Source of the DNA: Eledone cirrhosa
Taxonomy: Eukaryota
Assembly (NCBI GenBank): GCA_964016885.1
Contig: OZ024740.1
Coordinates: forward strand, 294,810,001-294,874,000
Direction: 5' to 3'
DNA length: 64,000 bases
Positions 23,969-38,333 of this stretch are shown piece by piece (position 1 is the first letter of the stretch; the number at the start of each line of letters is the position of its first letter). The notes under the pieces were generated by a model. The model had not been told where the DNA came from and searched no databases. It saw nothing but the letters and a program-made list of their open reading frames with translations. The translations under genes were made by a program, and so were the position numbers.

Positions 23969-25523
23969 CTGTTGTATGTGCAACAAGAAAGAAACAACAG
24001 TTAGTTACAGTATTTTTTTTAGATTATTTTCACAAAAATCTTACTAGTAACTAAATAATATACTTATAAAATTCATTGATTTTGTAATGTACCCCCACTC
24101 CCACCTCATACACTGCTGGTCTTGTACTTAGTCAAGAGGGATAAAAATATTTATTGAATAACAAGTTTTCTCTTATTGTCATCTGCTTAAATTTTCAATA
24201 GATAACTAAGACAGAGAGGATTCCATAGTCTTGTCTGTGCTACGATGAAATACACCCAATACACTCTCTAAAAAGGTTGGTGTTAGAAGGTCATCCAGCT
24301 GTAGAAACCATCATCATTATCATCACCGTTTAATGTCCATTTTCCATGATAGCATGGGTTAAACAGGTTGTCCTATTTGAGGCAAATCAAGGTCAAATGA
24401 CCATGTCTTGCTCATACAGAACTGATTTTGGCTTGGTTTCTATGGCTGGATGCCCTTCCTAACGCCAACCACATTTACAGTGAGTACTGGGTTCTTTTTG
24501 TCATGACACCTACACTACCATTTTATAGTGTGGGCTGGGTGATTTTTGTTGTAACCTACACAACCACGTTACAAATAAAATGCACAGAGAGCAGTAATTC
24601 TAGATAGGAACTGATTTGGACTGCAACGACCTCTCCATTCCATGCCAGCATGGAAAGCAGATGAATAATAATGATGATGATGAAACAAGTTAAAATGAAA
24701 AATAGGATAGTAGCATTTATAGCATATATTTCTTAAGTAAGGAAGAAAACATTTTTATGAGACTGTGAGTTAACAAGGGAAGATCTATGTGGTTCCTCAG
24801 CCTACTAGAAATAGCAGTATATTAGATAATTGTTTCTACTTTTGGTACAAAGCCAGCAATTACCCAGTACATTACTGGTACTTTATCTTATCGACCCCGT
24901 AAGGATGAAAGGCAAAGTTAACCTTGATGGGATTTGAACTCAGACTGTAAAGGGACGTAACAATGCTAGAAAGCATGGCGTCCAACCCTTTAAATGTAAT
25001 CCTAGATACCCTTAAAAAAAGATGGGATGGGATGGGCACCACTGGAATGTCTGTTCATAGGTCTGCTTAATCAGTATTGATGGAGAGGGAGGAGAGGAAA
25101 GGCCTGAACAACAACAGTATAACTGGATTAACAGTTTTAGTAAAAGTGGACAGTTCAGGTTTGTAGATTACATTTGGATACAATATGAGATAACAGAAAT
25201 TCCCTTCTTATCTAAAGTATTGCAGCTGCTGCACTTTTGCAACTACAGTTTAATATGCAAGTGCAGATTCAATCTGAATTATAGCATAAAAAACAAAAAA
25301 AAAAAAACTTCCGTTCAGCTACATTCCAGTAAAATATATTGGAAGTTTAAAGAGAAACAATTTCTGAAAATACTGTACATTTTTTTTCTTTACATATTTC
25401 ATTTTATATTATATAAAAATGTAAACATGAATTTGGTCCCACAAACCTAAAACGTTTCAGTGGGTAGCATTTCATAAAGAATAAGTTCAGAAATTAAAAT
25501 AATAAAGAACAGATATTACTTAC

Positions 25524-25617
25524 CAACTATCAGACTTTTTTAACAGGTTGGAAGATTCATTGGAATTAGTTGCTGTTGAATTATTGATATTCCGTCGTTT
25601 GTCAGAGATCTTGGCCC
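25524..25617 (-). CDS. TADA3: TADA3 coding exon 5 (GAKISDKRRNINNSTATNSNESSNLLKKSDS)
   Basis: acceptor aatag, donor gtaagt; 94 nt, phase 1 to 2, bridging exons 4 and 6 in frame. Confidence 0.88.
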
Positions 25618-26498
25618 CTATTACGTAATAGAAGTGAAAAGAAATGTTTTACTAATTCGCTAAAATCTCTTCAGATAAGTTTAACCACACTTTCATTACT
25701 ATATATCTAATCAAAGACACTGCCTATGATTTTCACATCATTTTCAAAATAATCAAGACTATGCAGGATTTAGTAATATAACTAACTTGTCCATTATTAA
25801 GCTGGTGTTAGGTACATAACTTAACAAAGGTTCTTATAAAAAATTTCGATTGAAATTTTTTTTAATATAAATATAAACATTTTAAAATAAGTAGTTTTGT
25901 TACAGAGTACCAGGAGTGGCTTCCTGACACCAACCCTTTTAGCTGCTTCTTATGACACTAAACCAAACACACACATATATACACTATCTCATCTGTATAT
26001 ATAAGGCAACACTTAATGAAAGATCAGAACTTGTGAAATGTGAAACATTTGTCCTCCTTGCTATATGTGAACAATATTTCCTTCATTTCTTTGTTATTAT
26101 AATTTCTAGGATAATATTGTCATAACAGTAACAATTAGAGTGGTGTGCAATAGTGGCAAAGAAATGAAGCTAAAAGAGTAGAAATTATGAGAAGGGATCA
26201 AAGAAAATAGGAACTGTAGAGAGTATGAGAGGGGGTGAGTACTGACAATAGGAACTACGCTGTGTATGTGTATATGTGTTTGTTTGAATGTATGTCTGTG
26301 TTTGCATGTTTATATTTATATACTCATATATATAAATGTGTGCATATGCACATACACACACACACATATGCGTCAGCTTATGGAAAAAAATTCTAGTGTT
26401 CAAAATTCATTGATATACATAGGCAGTATATTTCCTTAAAATATCGTAACAAAAAGATATATTCAATATCAAATAGGATGTTAACTTTAGTTATGTAC

Positions 26499-26748
26499 CT
26501 TCTTTTTGTTCATCCATGATATCTTCTTGAGCCCATCGTTCTGAGTAATGTTTACCCAAAGGTGGGATTTTGAAAAACTCGCTATCATCTTTGATTGTAA
26601 CCAAAACTTCTTCTAGAACTTTCATATCTTCGGCACTGATTTCTGCACAGTAAGGATCAACTGATGCCCAAAATCGATTTACAATATCGTTCTTCTGACT
26701 ACGAGCTATATCAGAAGATTCTGACATGTCATAGTCAGGCATTTTCAC
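26499..26748 (-). CDS. TADA3: TADA3 coding exon 4 (VKMPDYD...NRFWASVDPYCAEI...KIPPLGKHYSERWAQEDIMDEQKE)
   Basis: acceptor tctctag, donor gtacat; 250 nt; hallmark FWASVxPYC and IPPLGKHY..RWAQED motifs. Confidence 0.97.
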
Positions 26749-26891
26749 CTAGAGAAAGTACAACAAATTATATTAAAAACTATAAACAAATTATATTAAA
26801 AAAACTACAACAAATTATATTAAAAACTAAAACAATATTTTGACCCTTAATTATCTGAAAAGTTTCAGAACTTTCAAAAGTTTTCATTCAC

Positions 26892-27104
26892 TTAATCCTT
26901 TAGCATTTAAACCGGCTGTATCCAGCCAGAATTCTCTCAACCCTTTCGGTTCAAACCTGCTGTAATCGGCTGCTCATACTGATGTTAAGGTATTGTTCTC
27001 AAAATAAATATTAAAATCTCATAGATTCGATATTGTGTGAGATAAAGCCTTTACTGTGAAAATACAATAGTATACATAGATTAATGTAAATGCTAAAGGG
27101 TTAA
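26892..27104 (+). mobile_element. piggyBac-type MITE
   Basis: TTAA-tcctttagcattta ... taaatgctaaaggg-TTAA. Confidence 0.9.
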
Positions 27105-28580
27105 TAAGTCACTTTTCAGTTATTTTTCCTTTTTTTAAACAAAATTATGCTTAAACTAATACAAATGAACATACATAGTATGGCATGGGCCTGTAACTGT
27201 TTATAGAACCATCATGAAATACAACATGTCTTGGGCACTTTAACCTGGCAGAGCCCATCCCATTCCCAGGTTGGAATACATTTGATTTCTTCCAGAAAAT
27301 AAGAGAGATTGAGAAAAAGATATAAAGGAAGAATCGACCCCAGTACTAGACAGGTATGATTTATGTTAACCTTGAAAGGATGAAAGGCAAAGTTGACCTC
27401 AGCAGGATTTAAAGTTCAAGAACACAAAGAGACACAATATTTATATAATAATAATAATAATTTTCACAGCATTCTATCAATTCTGCCATTTTGCCACACA
27501 GTATATGTACACAACAAATTTACATTCTAAGCTAAATATTCTCTACAAGACTTTCTCAGCTTTCATGCAAGATAACATTACTAATGGAAGGTAAAATACA
27601 ATTGGTCATTTACTACTGTCAATCTTCCACATTCACAGCTCATGCCTCACTATATGCAGCATCACACTTTTGGGTCTTAAATAGCTGCTCCCTCCACACT
27701 TATTAAATTTTGTTAACCTATTTGCAGTGAGATTTTATTTTAAGTGGTAACATTCCTGTGACAATTTTCTGTAGACATTAAAAAAACATTATACATGACA
27801 AAAAACTACATTACAAGAAATCCCATATGTTATAAAATAAATATGATAGGTTGGAGTCTCAATATGTAAACTAAATGACTAATTCTGGTTTAAAAAAAAA
27901 TCAACGGAGACAACCTAGAAAAATTATTGATTCACCCCACTATTATTTGGGACCCGAGAATATGCTTCATATAGCCTGTTTTTAGTATAGGGAAAGAAAT
28001 CTTTCCTTGTGAACAGGTTACAACTCCTTTAATGCTTTCTACTATTCTTTCTCTATGTATGGGCCTGTAACTCCTGATGGACTCATAGAGGAGCTGTCCT
28101 GATACATGCCATGTCTTGGGTATTTTAAACTTGGTAAAGCCCATTCTTCTCGAAGTTTTAACACAGCCGAATTTTCTAATAAAAGGAACGTGAGAAAGAG
28201 AGAGAAAGTGAAAAAGAGATGTGGAATTGATCCTAATACTTTTTTTCTTTCTTGACCATGAAAGGATGTAAGGCAAGGTTAACTCCAAAATGAAGATTGT
28301 AAAGCATTCTATTCAACATTCTAATAACTCTGCCAATTTGTCGTCTGAATCTTTAGTTACTTGTGCCTCTTTACATTAGGATGAATATTGAAATGAACTA
28401 AAATCTCAAAGACTTAAAAATATATATATGAGAAAAACACAGACATCTGACCTGCCTTGTCTGACAACGGGACAACCGGTCTAATCTATGCTAGCATGGA
28501 AAAATGGACGTTAAACGGTGATGATGAAGATGAAGAAATGTGTGCGTAAAATCTGAATAGTTAAAACTGAATTTACTAAC

Positions 28581-28718
28581 TTGTGAATTTTTGTTTTTTG
28601 GCCTTCCTGGTCCACTACAATGAGTAGCTTTCCCATTACTGTCTTTAAATTTTTTGTTTGGTTTATCTTCAGCTCCACTTCCACCTTTTCCCCGCTTTAC
28701 AACTGGTACATCAGAAGC
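28581..28718 (-). CDS. TADA3: TADA3 coding exon 3 (ASDVPVVKRGKGGSGAEDKPNKKFKDSNGKATHCSGPGRPKNKNSQ)
   Basis: acceptor tttttctacag, donor gttagt; 138 nt, phase 0 to 0; GPGRPK.KN as in vertebrate TADA3; not in the ORF track. Confidence 0.92.
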
Positions 28719-30569
28719 CTGTAGAAAAAGAAAATGAAAGGAACAAAAAAAAAAAGAAAAGAAAAGAAAAAATCCCTAAATACACATACACTCTTGTATA
28801 AATATTTAAAATATCAAGCTCTATAATATAGTCTAAAAGAAAATTGAGTCAGCAGACATTACATCTGAAATATATTAGTTCAGTCTTTTTTTACTGGTTC
28901 CAGCCATTAATTATTTTATTAATATCCAATCCATCGAATTTCAAAGTTATGCTTGGACGGACATAAAAGGACACAACTTGACACACCAATAAACATTAAC
29001 ACAAACACTACATACATAAGATATATATACATATATGGGCTTCCACACAATCTCTGTCTACTAAAGACCACTTACACATAGCATTGGTCAACCAAGACAC
29101 TTAGAATTGAACTGAGCCTACAGCTTGTATTACTTTCCAAAATAAATTCTCTAATTATAAAAATGAACAAAGTATTATGTTATCAACACGTATTAAAAAT
29201 TCAACTAAGCAAAAATATACAGAATAGTTGAAAGAAAGATGTAAAATGTTTAAACAAAATGATGAAAAATTATTGCATAAGAAAATAAAAAAAAAAGTGA
29301 AAAGCTTATAACCTATTTTTGATAAATTATTAGCGAAATCTTAAATCAACTAATAATGAAAAATTCAGAAAACCTTAGCCAAAACAAAGTAGTTTCTAAA
29401 TTTCAAACTTCCAAAATAACCATTTAATTGGAATGACTTCATTCTAGCAAGCAGACTGCAAATTATTGTTAATTTTCTAATTATTTTTGAATTTAATTTA
29501 TTGGGCTAGGGACATTGACTAGCTCTAATGAACATATTTTAAAAGAAATTATTATTTTGAGAAGGCAAACTGAGCAGATTTAAATATCATGGAAATATGT
29601 GTGCACTAATTTGAAATCTGATATATAAACTATTTTGATCCAATGTAATATGTATACATAGCATTTCAATTTAGAACAAATGCAAAATTATAACTGAGTT
29701 GTAAATTAAATATGGTTTTTGTTTAATGATGAGATGTTTTAAAAGTATTCAGTTTCAGTGACTATATTGATATGGATAAAACTAAGATTGTCTACATATA
29801 TTTTACTCTATGCTCATCTGAATGGGTGGTTTCAATTGTGCTGAAATAATGCTCCTATAATTGAATTCTGTTCCTAATGCTAATCACCCAGTCTATGGTA
29901 AAGATGGGACTTATTTCATCAACCGGGCCAACCGAGACAAACATATTTCACTAGTCTATTTACTCCCTTATCAATATTAAACTAATAATATTAACCTGTA
30001 TTATTGCATAAGTTAAAACACAATTTAGAGTTAATAATATATGTAACTTAAAGCCACTAATACTAACTGGATCAAATGATTAAAACAAAATATATTTTTC
30101 TATTGTTTTAATAATATAATTAGCTTATTTCATAATTAGTGACATGGAATACTGACATTATTTTTATAAGTAAAATTATAGCTTAACTTTTAATTGACTA
30201 CTTTTAGTTTTAGTAAAATGCTCTAAACATTTTATGACAATAAGTACACAATAATTCTCATTTTTGTGAAAATTTAAGCAATTTAATGTTTTGTCTGAAT
30301 AATTTTTCATATCATCATCAGAAAGACTTTAAAAATCTTTAAAAGCTTGCCAAACCAACTCTTTCTTGATGCTATAAGACTGGAACATACAGTAATACAC
30401 TCACACACACACACACATATATATATGAATGAATGCGTGTGTGTATATATATATATATTTGTTTATGTTTTGTTTAGAAAAACATAGAAGTGCCTAATAC
30501 AGGCTTACAGGTTACAGTACCTTGCATTGACCCAGGTGCCCTGTCCAGAATTACCTATATATTTATATT

Positions 30570-31230
30570 TCTTTCTTCAACTGTTGATTTTCAAATCAAT
30601 TTTGAGTGTTGTGTTGTTCTTTAAGTGGCAGTAATTAAATGATCTGTCATGTTGATGCAAGAAATTTCTGAATGTGAGACCTGGCTAACATGTTTTTTTT
30701 TGTGATTATGTCAGTGCAATAGATAAGGTATTTCTCCCTTCAGGAGACAGAGTTCCATACTTCAGCAAATGCATGTTGGGATTTATATTTCTTGATCTGT
30801 TCACAATAATTTTGCACTTCTACTCTTGATAATACTGGGCATGATTGGCATGCATCTGAAGCTTACCTTATATTGTTTTTGTTGAACAACCGGTTGAATT
30901 TGTGGCTGTTGAGGAAATGTTTCTTGATAATGAGAGGAATTTTTTGCCACATCACTTTTCATGTTGATGTTATGTGGTGGGTTATACCATGTCATTTTCC
31001 TTTTCCTAATCCTTTTAAGATGAACATATATTGTTACAGCTGAGTACTTTATTTTTCTCTGTAGTATTCTGTGATCTTGTTGAAGATGGCTTTCTATGAG
31101 GCTAAGTTACCCAGTCTTCTTGAGAATGCCTTTAGGAACATATTTGTTGATTTGTGTAGCTTCATTTTTGTAAGCATATAAAATGTGTTGCTGTCTGGTT
31201 TCTTGATGATATTGTGCAACTTCAATGTAA
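30570..31230 (-). mobile_element. Degenerate Penelope-like element fragment
   Basis: RKRKMTWYNPP...YKVSFRCMP.M.SII resembles the conserved WFNPP...KVSYSCMPN linker between RT and GIY-YIG in PLEs. Confidence 0.65.
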
Positions 31231-34200
31231 ACTTGTGTGTAACGCTTATGTGTGCATACAGAATGGTAAAATTTCCTCTGAAAAATGGTAGAAACCAGAG
31301 CTCTATAATATAAATTCTATTTGCCTTTTTCTTTATTGCTGCTGTTCTTCAAGTTACCTTCCAGAATAACACGATTCATTTTGCTGACGCTTTTCTTTTA
31401 GTAGCTCTCTCTGTCTCTCTCTCACACACACACACACAAAAGATCATATGAACTGCTATATCAACTGATTCTCAGGAGAAGGTAAATCCTGCCGATTAAT
31501 TATAAGCCTGAAAGAAAAAGAACAGGTGAACCTCCAGCTGAAGCCTTAGAGGTTTTCTGCAGGTCCTAATACTTCAATCAATAACACCAAGCTAAACACG
31601 ATGAATAAGTTTCCCTATTTTTGACAGCAGCACATGTCACATCAGATGATGAAATTTCAATCAATTTCTGCCAAGTAAATAAGGTATTTGCAATCTTTCT
31701 CCACTGCACTAGAACAATGTTGGTCCCTCTCTTTTACTGTGTTTGTCTGCATATGTAGTACCAAATGTGCAACTTCTTCTTCTCTTATCAGCAATAAGAC
31801 ATGGGATTGCTACGATAAACAAATCACCTTGATTTTGCTTTAATTATTTTACCTGTTTTCTATTATTTGCAGGCTTTCTTTTAATATCATTATTTATTTA
31901 TTACATGCCTACTCACAACTAGCTAAGAGATATTTTGTAGAATATTTTAATGCTGTGCCTGATGTAAGCGACCATCATTCAAACAAACACACAAGGGGGA
32001 ATATATATATATATATGTATATGTGGTGTGTGGGTGTGTGTGTATAAAATTAAGAGTAATAAAGCAGGTAAATTTGAAATCATTGGATAAGAAGATGAGA
32101 ATATTGTATGTTGAAACCTGAGTACTATTAGCAAGATTTTTAGCATTACAGTTCCAAAAATGTGGATCACAGTAGCAAATAATAACAGATTTATATCCCA
32201 ATTATAATTAAATATCACACAAGAGAAAGTGTTAATTCCATTTCATTCATGCAAGGCTTGGGGATAATCTTGGGATAATTAGCATTATCAACATCATCAT
32301 CCTCATCATCATAAAAGTTGTTTTTTGATCCACTGCTTGACACAGGCCTCCCACATCACTCCTCATTTTCCCCTAACTCCTGTTCTAGCATTCCAGTTAA
32401 TCCCTGCATGGTTTATTACCTCATTCCTCCATCTGCTTCTTGGACGACCCTATGTGAGGAAATACAGAATACCAAATAACATTAATGTTATTTTTGCTAA
32501 TTAGTTATTTTATTTGTTGAATTAGTAATATTTTTTTTAAAAAAGCAATAAAATAATTATAACAATTGATAAAGAAATAAAAAAAACAGCTCTTAATATG
32601 AAAACAATAAAAAATAAAGGCAAAGTAAATGAAAACAAAACAATGAGAATAAAAAATAAATACAACCAACCAAAACTTCCTAATTAATATGAAGAAATGA
32701 TGAACTTGCCCAGTTATTAGCTACAATATAATTACACAATGCTAACGAAGTGTATTTGATTGGTACTGAAAACATTGACAGTTGGTAAAAAATGTTCCCA
32801 ATCAGCAAATAGCATTTTTTTGAAAAATCTTCCAGATTATACAGTAGAGATGTGGTTAGGTGGAAATACCAAACCTTCAGCAGCTGTATAAAATCTAGAA
32901 AAGAATTAGTCACATGAAATATAGAGTCCCCATACCAATTTCTACTAACCATACAAAATTATTTTATTAACTTTACTTTCCTGCAGCCCAAATAAGAATA
33001 AAGTGATTAAAATAAAATGAAATCATATTGAAACTAATGTTAATAAAACAAGTTTTTTAAAGCCCGTTTCCTATGATAAAAATGGAATATGATAGAATGG
33101 TTGTGTTTTATTAATAGTAAGCTTTGGCATTACTCAAAGACTTTCCAAAATTTACTCTGTCTTATAGAATATTTCAGCACAATATTTGCTGGATAATAAA
33201 AAGTATAAATCAGTTATAATTATTTGTAACTTATCACAATCAAAATGTTTTATCCACAAATTTCCAGGTAAAAAAAGTTATATGGAATAAATATGTCTTA
33301 TTGAAAATAATTTTGTATAATATATTTATAATTGTAAGTTATGTAGTATGTTGTTTGTCATATACTGCTTTCTGTGTTACATGAATTATATACTGTACAG
33401 CACAATTAGACACAACAAGACAGAAACTAAATAGGAACACACAATAATCTACAATTAATTGACAGATACTTGATCTTTGAAATTAATCCGATGGAGTTTT
33501 ACATAAATTGGAATACCTGTACATATTAAATGAATGGAACAAATGAAAATTAATACCAAATTATCCGAGAAAGATTGAAGCAATTATTTTTGAAACACAA
33601 AGTGATGAAAATACCACAAATAACACTAGAAATACAACTGAGTTTATCTTTTGCCTACAGACACAGAAGACAGAACTGAAAGCAATTTTATTACACTAAA
33701 ATCAAATACGGATAAAAAAAACTAAACTTAAATAAATGAAACAAGTGTGGTGCTTAAATTATAACCACTGATAACAACAGAAAGAATATATCACTAACCA
33801 TGCAAAGTTTTCAAAATAAATTTCCTGTCCTTAGGACTTAATCTGATTCAATAAGGCAATGAGACAAAGGAAATGAAATTTATTAAAACAAGATGCTAGG
33901 ATTGAGATAAAAATTATAATTAGTTTAAAAATATAATTACCAATGAAGCGGGTCTAGAAAAGCTTTGATAACAAGAAAAGCAAGAGCAATAATGGAAAAA
34001 AGCAGACAGTACGGATAGGTTTACTAAATGAGGCAAAAATAATATAGTAATTTGCCGTAGGTTCTACAAGAGGTTTGAAAGGTGCAAGGGTTCTAGCCCA
34101 CAGAAGAAATATTTAAATAGAAAAGTGGCTATGGGATATGCAAGGACAGTGCATGAAATAAATTTATAATTCAAAATCTAAGAATGAAGCTAGTTAAGTG

Positions 34201-36353
34201 GTGTTAAAAATGCAGAAAAATTGAATCTAATAACTTACCTGTTTCTAAAGTTCCCCCACCCTCAAAAAGATAACTGAATAGATACCCTGATAATACATAT
34301 CATACTTTGTCTAATAGAAACCTGATAATCTATGCCAAAATGTGACACCACAAAGAATGATAAAGTTAATATTCATATCAAATAACTTTTTACATATTCA
34401 ACTTATATTATAATTTCTATAAGATTATATTTTTTCAAGCTAGTAGAGAAAAATGAAATCAGGGCACACATTAGAATATTGGTTTTCTTCATAAAGTTAG
34501 ATGCTGATGTTTAACCTTATTCTAAGAAAATGCTTAAACATTTTTTTTAATGTAAACATTTATACCTGGACCTTGTATTCCATTGTGAAGAAATATAACT
34601 ATATATTTCTGGTGAAAAAATTTAATTAATACTGGAGGTGTCTAGACTATTGTGTAGATAACTCAATCTATGTTTTGGATATCCATAAAAATATTTTTTT
34701 TAATGTAAGATTACAATATTCAATCCTAATTGAACTTCACTTGAAGGTCAGCTATTTCAAACTAAAGTAAGCTGAAAATAATTTCATATAAAATTTTAAC
34801 ATTGTTTTTCAAAAATAAAAAAAAAACACTCTAAGAAAATAATTATTAATATTAATTATTAAAACAGAGAAAGTCAAAACGGCCCTTTCAATGTTAAACA
34901 ATACACCAACAAACATATTCAAAAAGTTATATCTATTTTAGCTTAATCATTAGTGTTGGCTTGAAATTAGTTTTAATATCTTTATGATAGATAGTCCTTT
35001 TTGTGGACAAACTTTTATTTTATATCAATTCTTAGAAATAAGGTTATTATACAAATCCAGAATGTTTTCAATTGTACCCATCATCACTGTTTAACACCTA
35101 TTTTCCATGCTTCCATGGGTTAGACGAGAAAGTTTCTAGAATTAATGCTTATCTAATATAAAGTGAATAGAATTTGTAATTTAAGAAATAGCTACTCTAA
35201 CCGCTTCTTTGTGATCACTCAACATACTAGAAATAGCAGCAAAATTCCCCTCAAAGCAAACCTTACCAACTGAAAAAGGAAGGAAAGTGGCCATACCTAG
35301 AATGATTTTGATCATTAGTTGCTTTATTAAGACTAATTTTGGGCTAAATAACAGTTAACTGATGTAGATTTCTCAGATATTCAAATTACAAATAATTAAT
35401 TGCTAAGAGCTTTAAATCTTTTAGAAATTTATCAGTTTACAGTACTATAATATGATAAAAATTAACAACACAAATGTTAGTATTAGGAAGAGTTAAACCT
35501 TTAATCCTTTCTCTACCACATGAAAGACACTGACCATGATTTTAAAATAATTCTCATGAAGTTGAAGATTGGAACATAATATGAAATTATAATGGAAGGT
35601 TTTTTTATATAAATATAAGCAGTGTGTCATAAAACCTGGGTTGGTTTCAGAAGGTTTGATATCATAAAAGGTGAAAAAAAATCTCCTAAACTGGAACATG
35701 AAAGAACAGCATATATGTAAATATAAATAAAAACCATGCTAAGTACATAAATAAGAATAAACTAGTTAAATATAGGAAATTTCAAGAAATCCCTCTACCA
35801 ATTTATTACTTCAATGCAAAATGTTGATATCTGAAGTAAACTGCTAAATATATAATTTATGTACACATCAGCATCTAAGGTGACACATTTTCATTGAGTT
35901 GGTTTAAATTATTTATTTAAACACCATCCCTTTACCAAATCTTGTGTAGGTTTGACATTTTGCTGTGTAAAACTAGCTTCCATAAAAAACTGAAATATTT
36001 TATTAGTGCAAAAAGATAAATATCATCATTATCATCATCAATGCCTGCTTTCCCTGCTGTAATATTTTAAAATTGTATTCAGTATTACAGTTGCTAAGTC
36101 TCTCTATGTATTATCTCACACACTAGCAACAATATAATTATTCTTAAATAACATAAAAACCACTCCAAAATTAATGTTACTATTGCCACTGTGATAATAA
36201 AACCTAAGTTAAATTAATTTTAAAAAGTGTGTACCATATGAAAAGTTTCTGAAGTTTTGAACATTTCCTTAAAAGAATACAAAGGTGAAAGGCAATCAGA
36301 ATAAACACTATAACTATATTACATTGAGTGAAAAAAATTAAAGAAATACTTAC

Positions 36354-36401
36354 AGGAAAATTCTTCAAAGTTTCATTTTTATTTTTCACAACACTGTTCT
36401 C
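36354..36401 (-). CDS. TADA3: Candidate 48-nt alternative cassette exon in TADA3 intron 2 (ENSVVKNKNETLKNFP)
   Basis: ttttgtatctttcag|48 nt without stop|gtaagt; phase 0-0, matching the host intron. Confidence 0.55.
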
Positions 36402-36724
36402 CTGAAAGATACAAAATACAAAGCAAGAAACCTAAAGAACTCTGTGTTTTAAAATATCTGATGGAGTTTCATTTCTATATATGCAACACCATTAAATTCT
36501 TACTCACTAGTACACTGTTTCTAACATAAGCGTAATACCACAACTTTAAGAGAGCTTAGTCAATTAAATTGACCCCAGTACTTGACTGATACTAAATTTT
36601 ATCAACCCCGGAAGGAGGAAAAGCAAAGTTGACTATGGCAGCATTTAAAATGAAAATATAAAGCTTTTTGTCTGCTGTGTAAATGATTCTGCTACCAGTC
36701 ATTCATATTACTCGACTGTTCATA

Positions 36725-37028
36725 TAATAATAATAATAATAATGAAATTATTGTGTACAGTGCTCAGGTGCACTACAACTCATCAAAGGTGCATGTATAG
36801 TACATAGAATAATGTACAAATGTCAGGAAAATGAACAGTCATGAAATACATGTGTGCATGTGTATGGAGGGGGGGGGGCATCAGGTGTAGTGTTGGCGAA
36901 TCTCAGGAAGCATGGAGGTTTTAAAGGATACAGTGTCTCGACAGCTAACAACTGATGCAGGTAGTTTGTTCCATGCTTTAGCAGCTCTGAGCATGGAAAA
37001 ATGTTTTCGAAAGTCATGGGAGCTGTGA
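36725..37028 (-). mobile_element. Short 3' copy of the CR1 at 16132-18480
   Basis: close match to 16132-16440 including the (ATT)n tail. Confidence 0.9.
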
Positions 37029-37903
37029 TTTGATACAAATCATTCTTAAACAAATTTTGTAAACATTATTATTAAACAAGAATATAAATATTATCAACAC
37101 ATCCAGGAAATAATATTTTAAAAAGAAACTGCAATGCAAGTGTTCAAAGGCCATTTATTTCTGCAGGCAACAAAGAGTTTTTCAGAGTAAAAGGCAGTTT
37201 GTATGATGCGGCATATTAGTGAGATGTGGGCTTTTTGAAGATTAGAAATGAATCAAGCACACTCCACTGGATGTGTAATAGAACACAAATGAATTGTAAG
37301 AAAAACTGGATATAAGAGGAATAAAGTGTAGTGTGCAAGAGAGAAACCTGCACTGGTAGGGACATATAATGCATATGCAAGATGACAGCTGTATAAAAAA
37401 GTGCCAAGTATTCGAAGTGGATGGAACCTGTGATAGAGCCCTACATAGACAATGGGACAAATTAGTGAAGACAGATCTCAAAACACTGAGCCTCATGAAG
37501 CAAATGACAAAGGACTGTGATGATTAGTGACACAAGAAGACCCACACACCCATTAAAATAGTGGTAGTGTTAGAGGCTACTACCACTCCTCTGATACGTT
37601 CCCATCTAACAATCATCCTCTTCCCTATTTATTGTAACATGTTGACTCTCACCATGACCGCTGTGTAATAAAAAATTGCATCAGAGCTGTACTGCAAGCC
37701 ATCTCTTAATATTTCATTATTGTCACCCACCAATTTCTATTCTATTCACCTTCTTGGCAATGTTGTCAACATTGTGAACAGGTGTAAAACTTGTGTGTCT
37801 ATATACACATATAAAGCATTCGAAACTATGATCCACAGGAATTGTCCATGTGTTTGTGTCTTCCGAGTTTTCTGTTTCCTTATTTCTCCTACATGTTTTT
37901 TTA

Positions 37904-37935
<32 letters not shown>

Positions 37936-38333
37936 GATACTTCTGCATTGCACAGCCTGTAAACTCTCCTGCCTTCCAAAATAAAGTTGATCCTTTTGGC
38001 CACTTGCCAAAGGATCTCTACCAAACTCTATCAATAGATATACTTTACTCTCTGGTTTTGGTACCACTACAAAGGTGGCTTCTGCTATTCATGTCACATA
38101 CTTTTAACTCACTTTCCTCTCCTTAGTTTTTACCCTATTTTGGTGTACAATCTTATTAGTCTCCTTTCCCACTCTGAGCTGCCAGCCACCTAGTATTTTT
38201 GAAAGCTGCCTCCCCACCACAGTACATGTTCTTACACTCTCTCCTCCTCTCACTGAGTGATGGCCCTCTCAGCACACCTCAAAGATCTGGCATCTGCTCT
38301 CACTCTCCTTTCATCCCAGAGTATGTGTGTGTA

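Noticed and set aside
33040-34060. Very old LINE endonuclease-like tract
   Set aside because: Only faint motif resemblance and many stops; cannot be assigned by eye
34239-34244. Second possible 6-nt microexon (ctttag|AAACAG|gtaagt) in TADA3 intron 2
   Set aside because: The donor is perfect but the upstream sequence is G-rich, without a pyrimidine tract, branch point or UGC; too weak without RNA data
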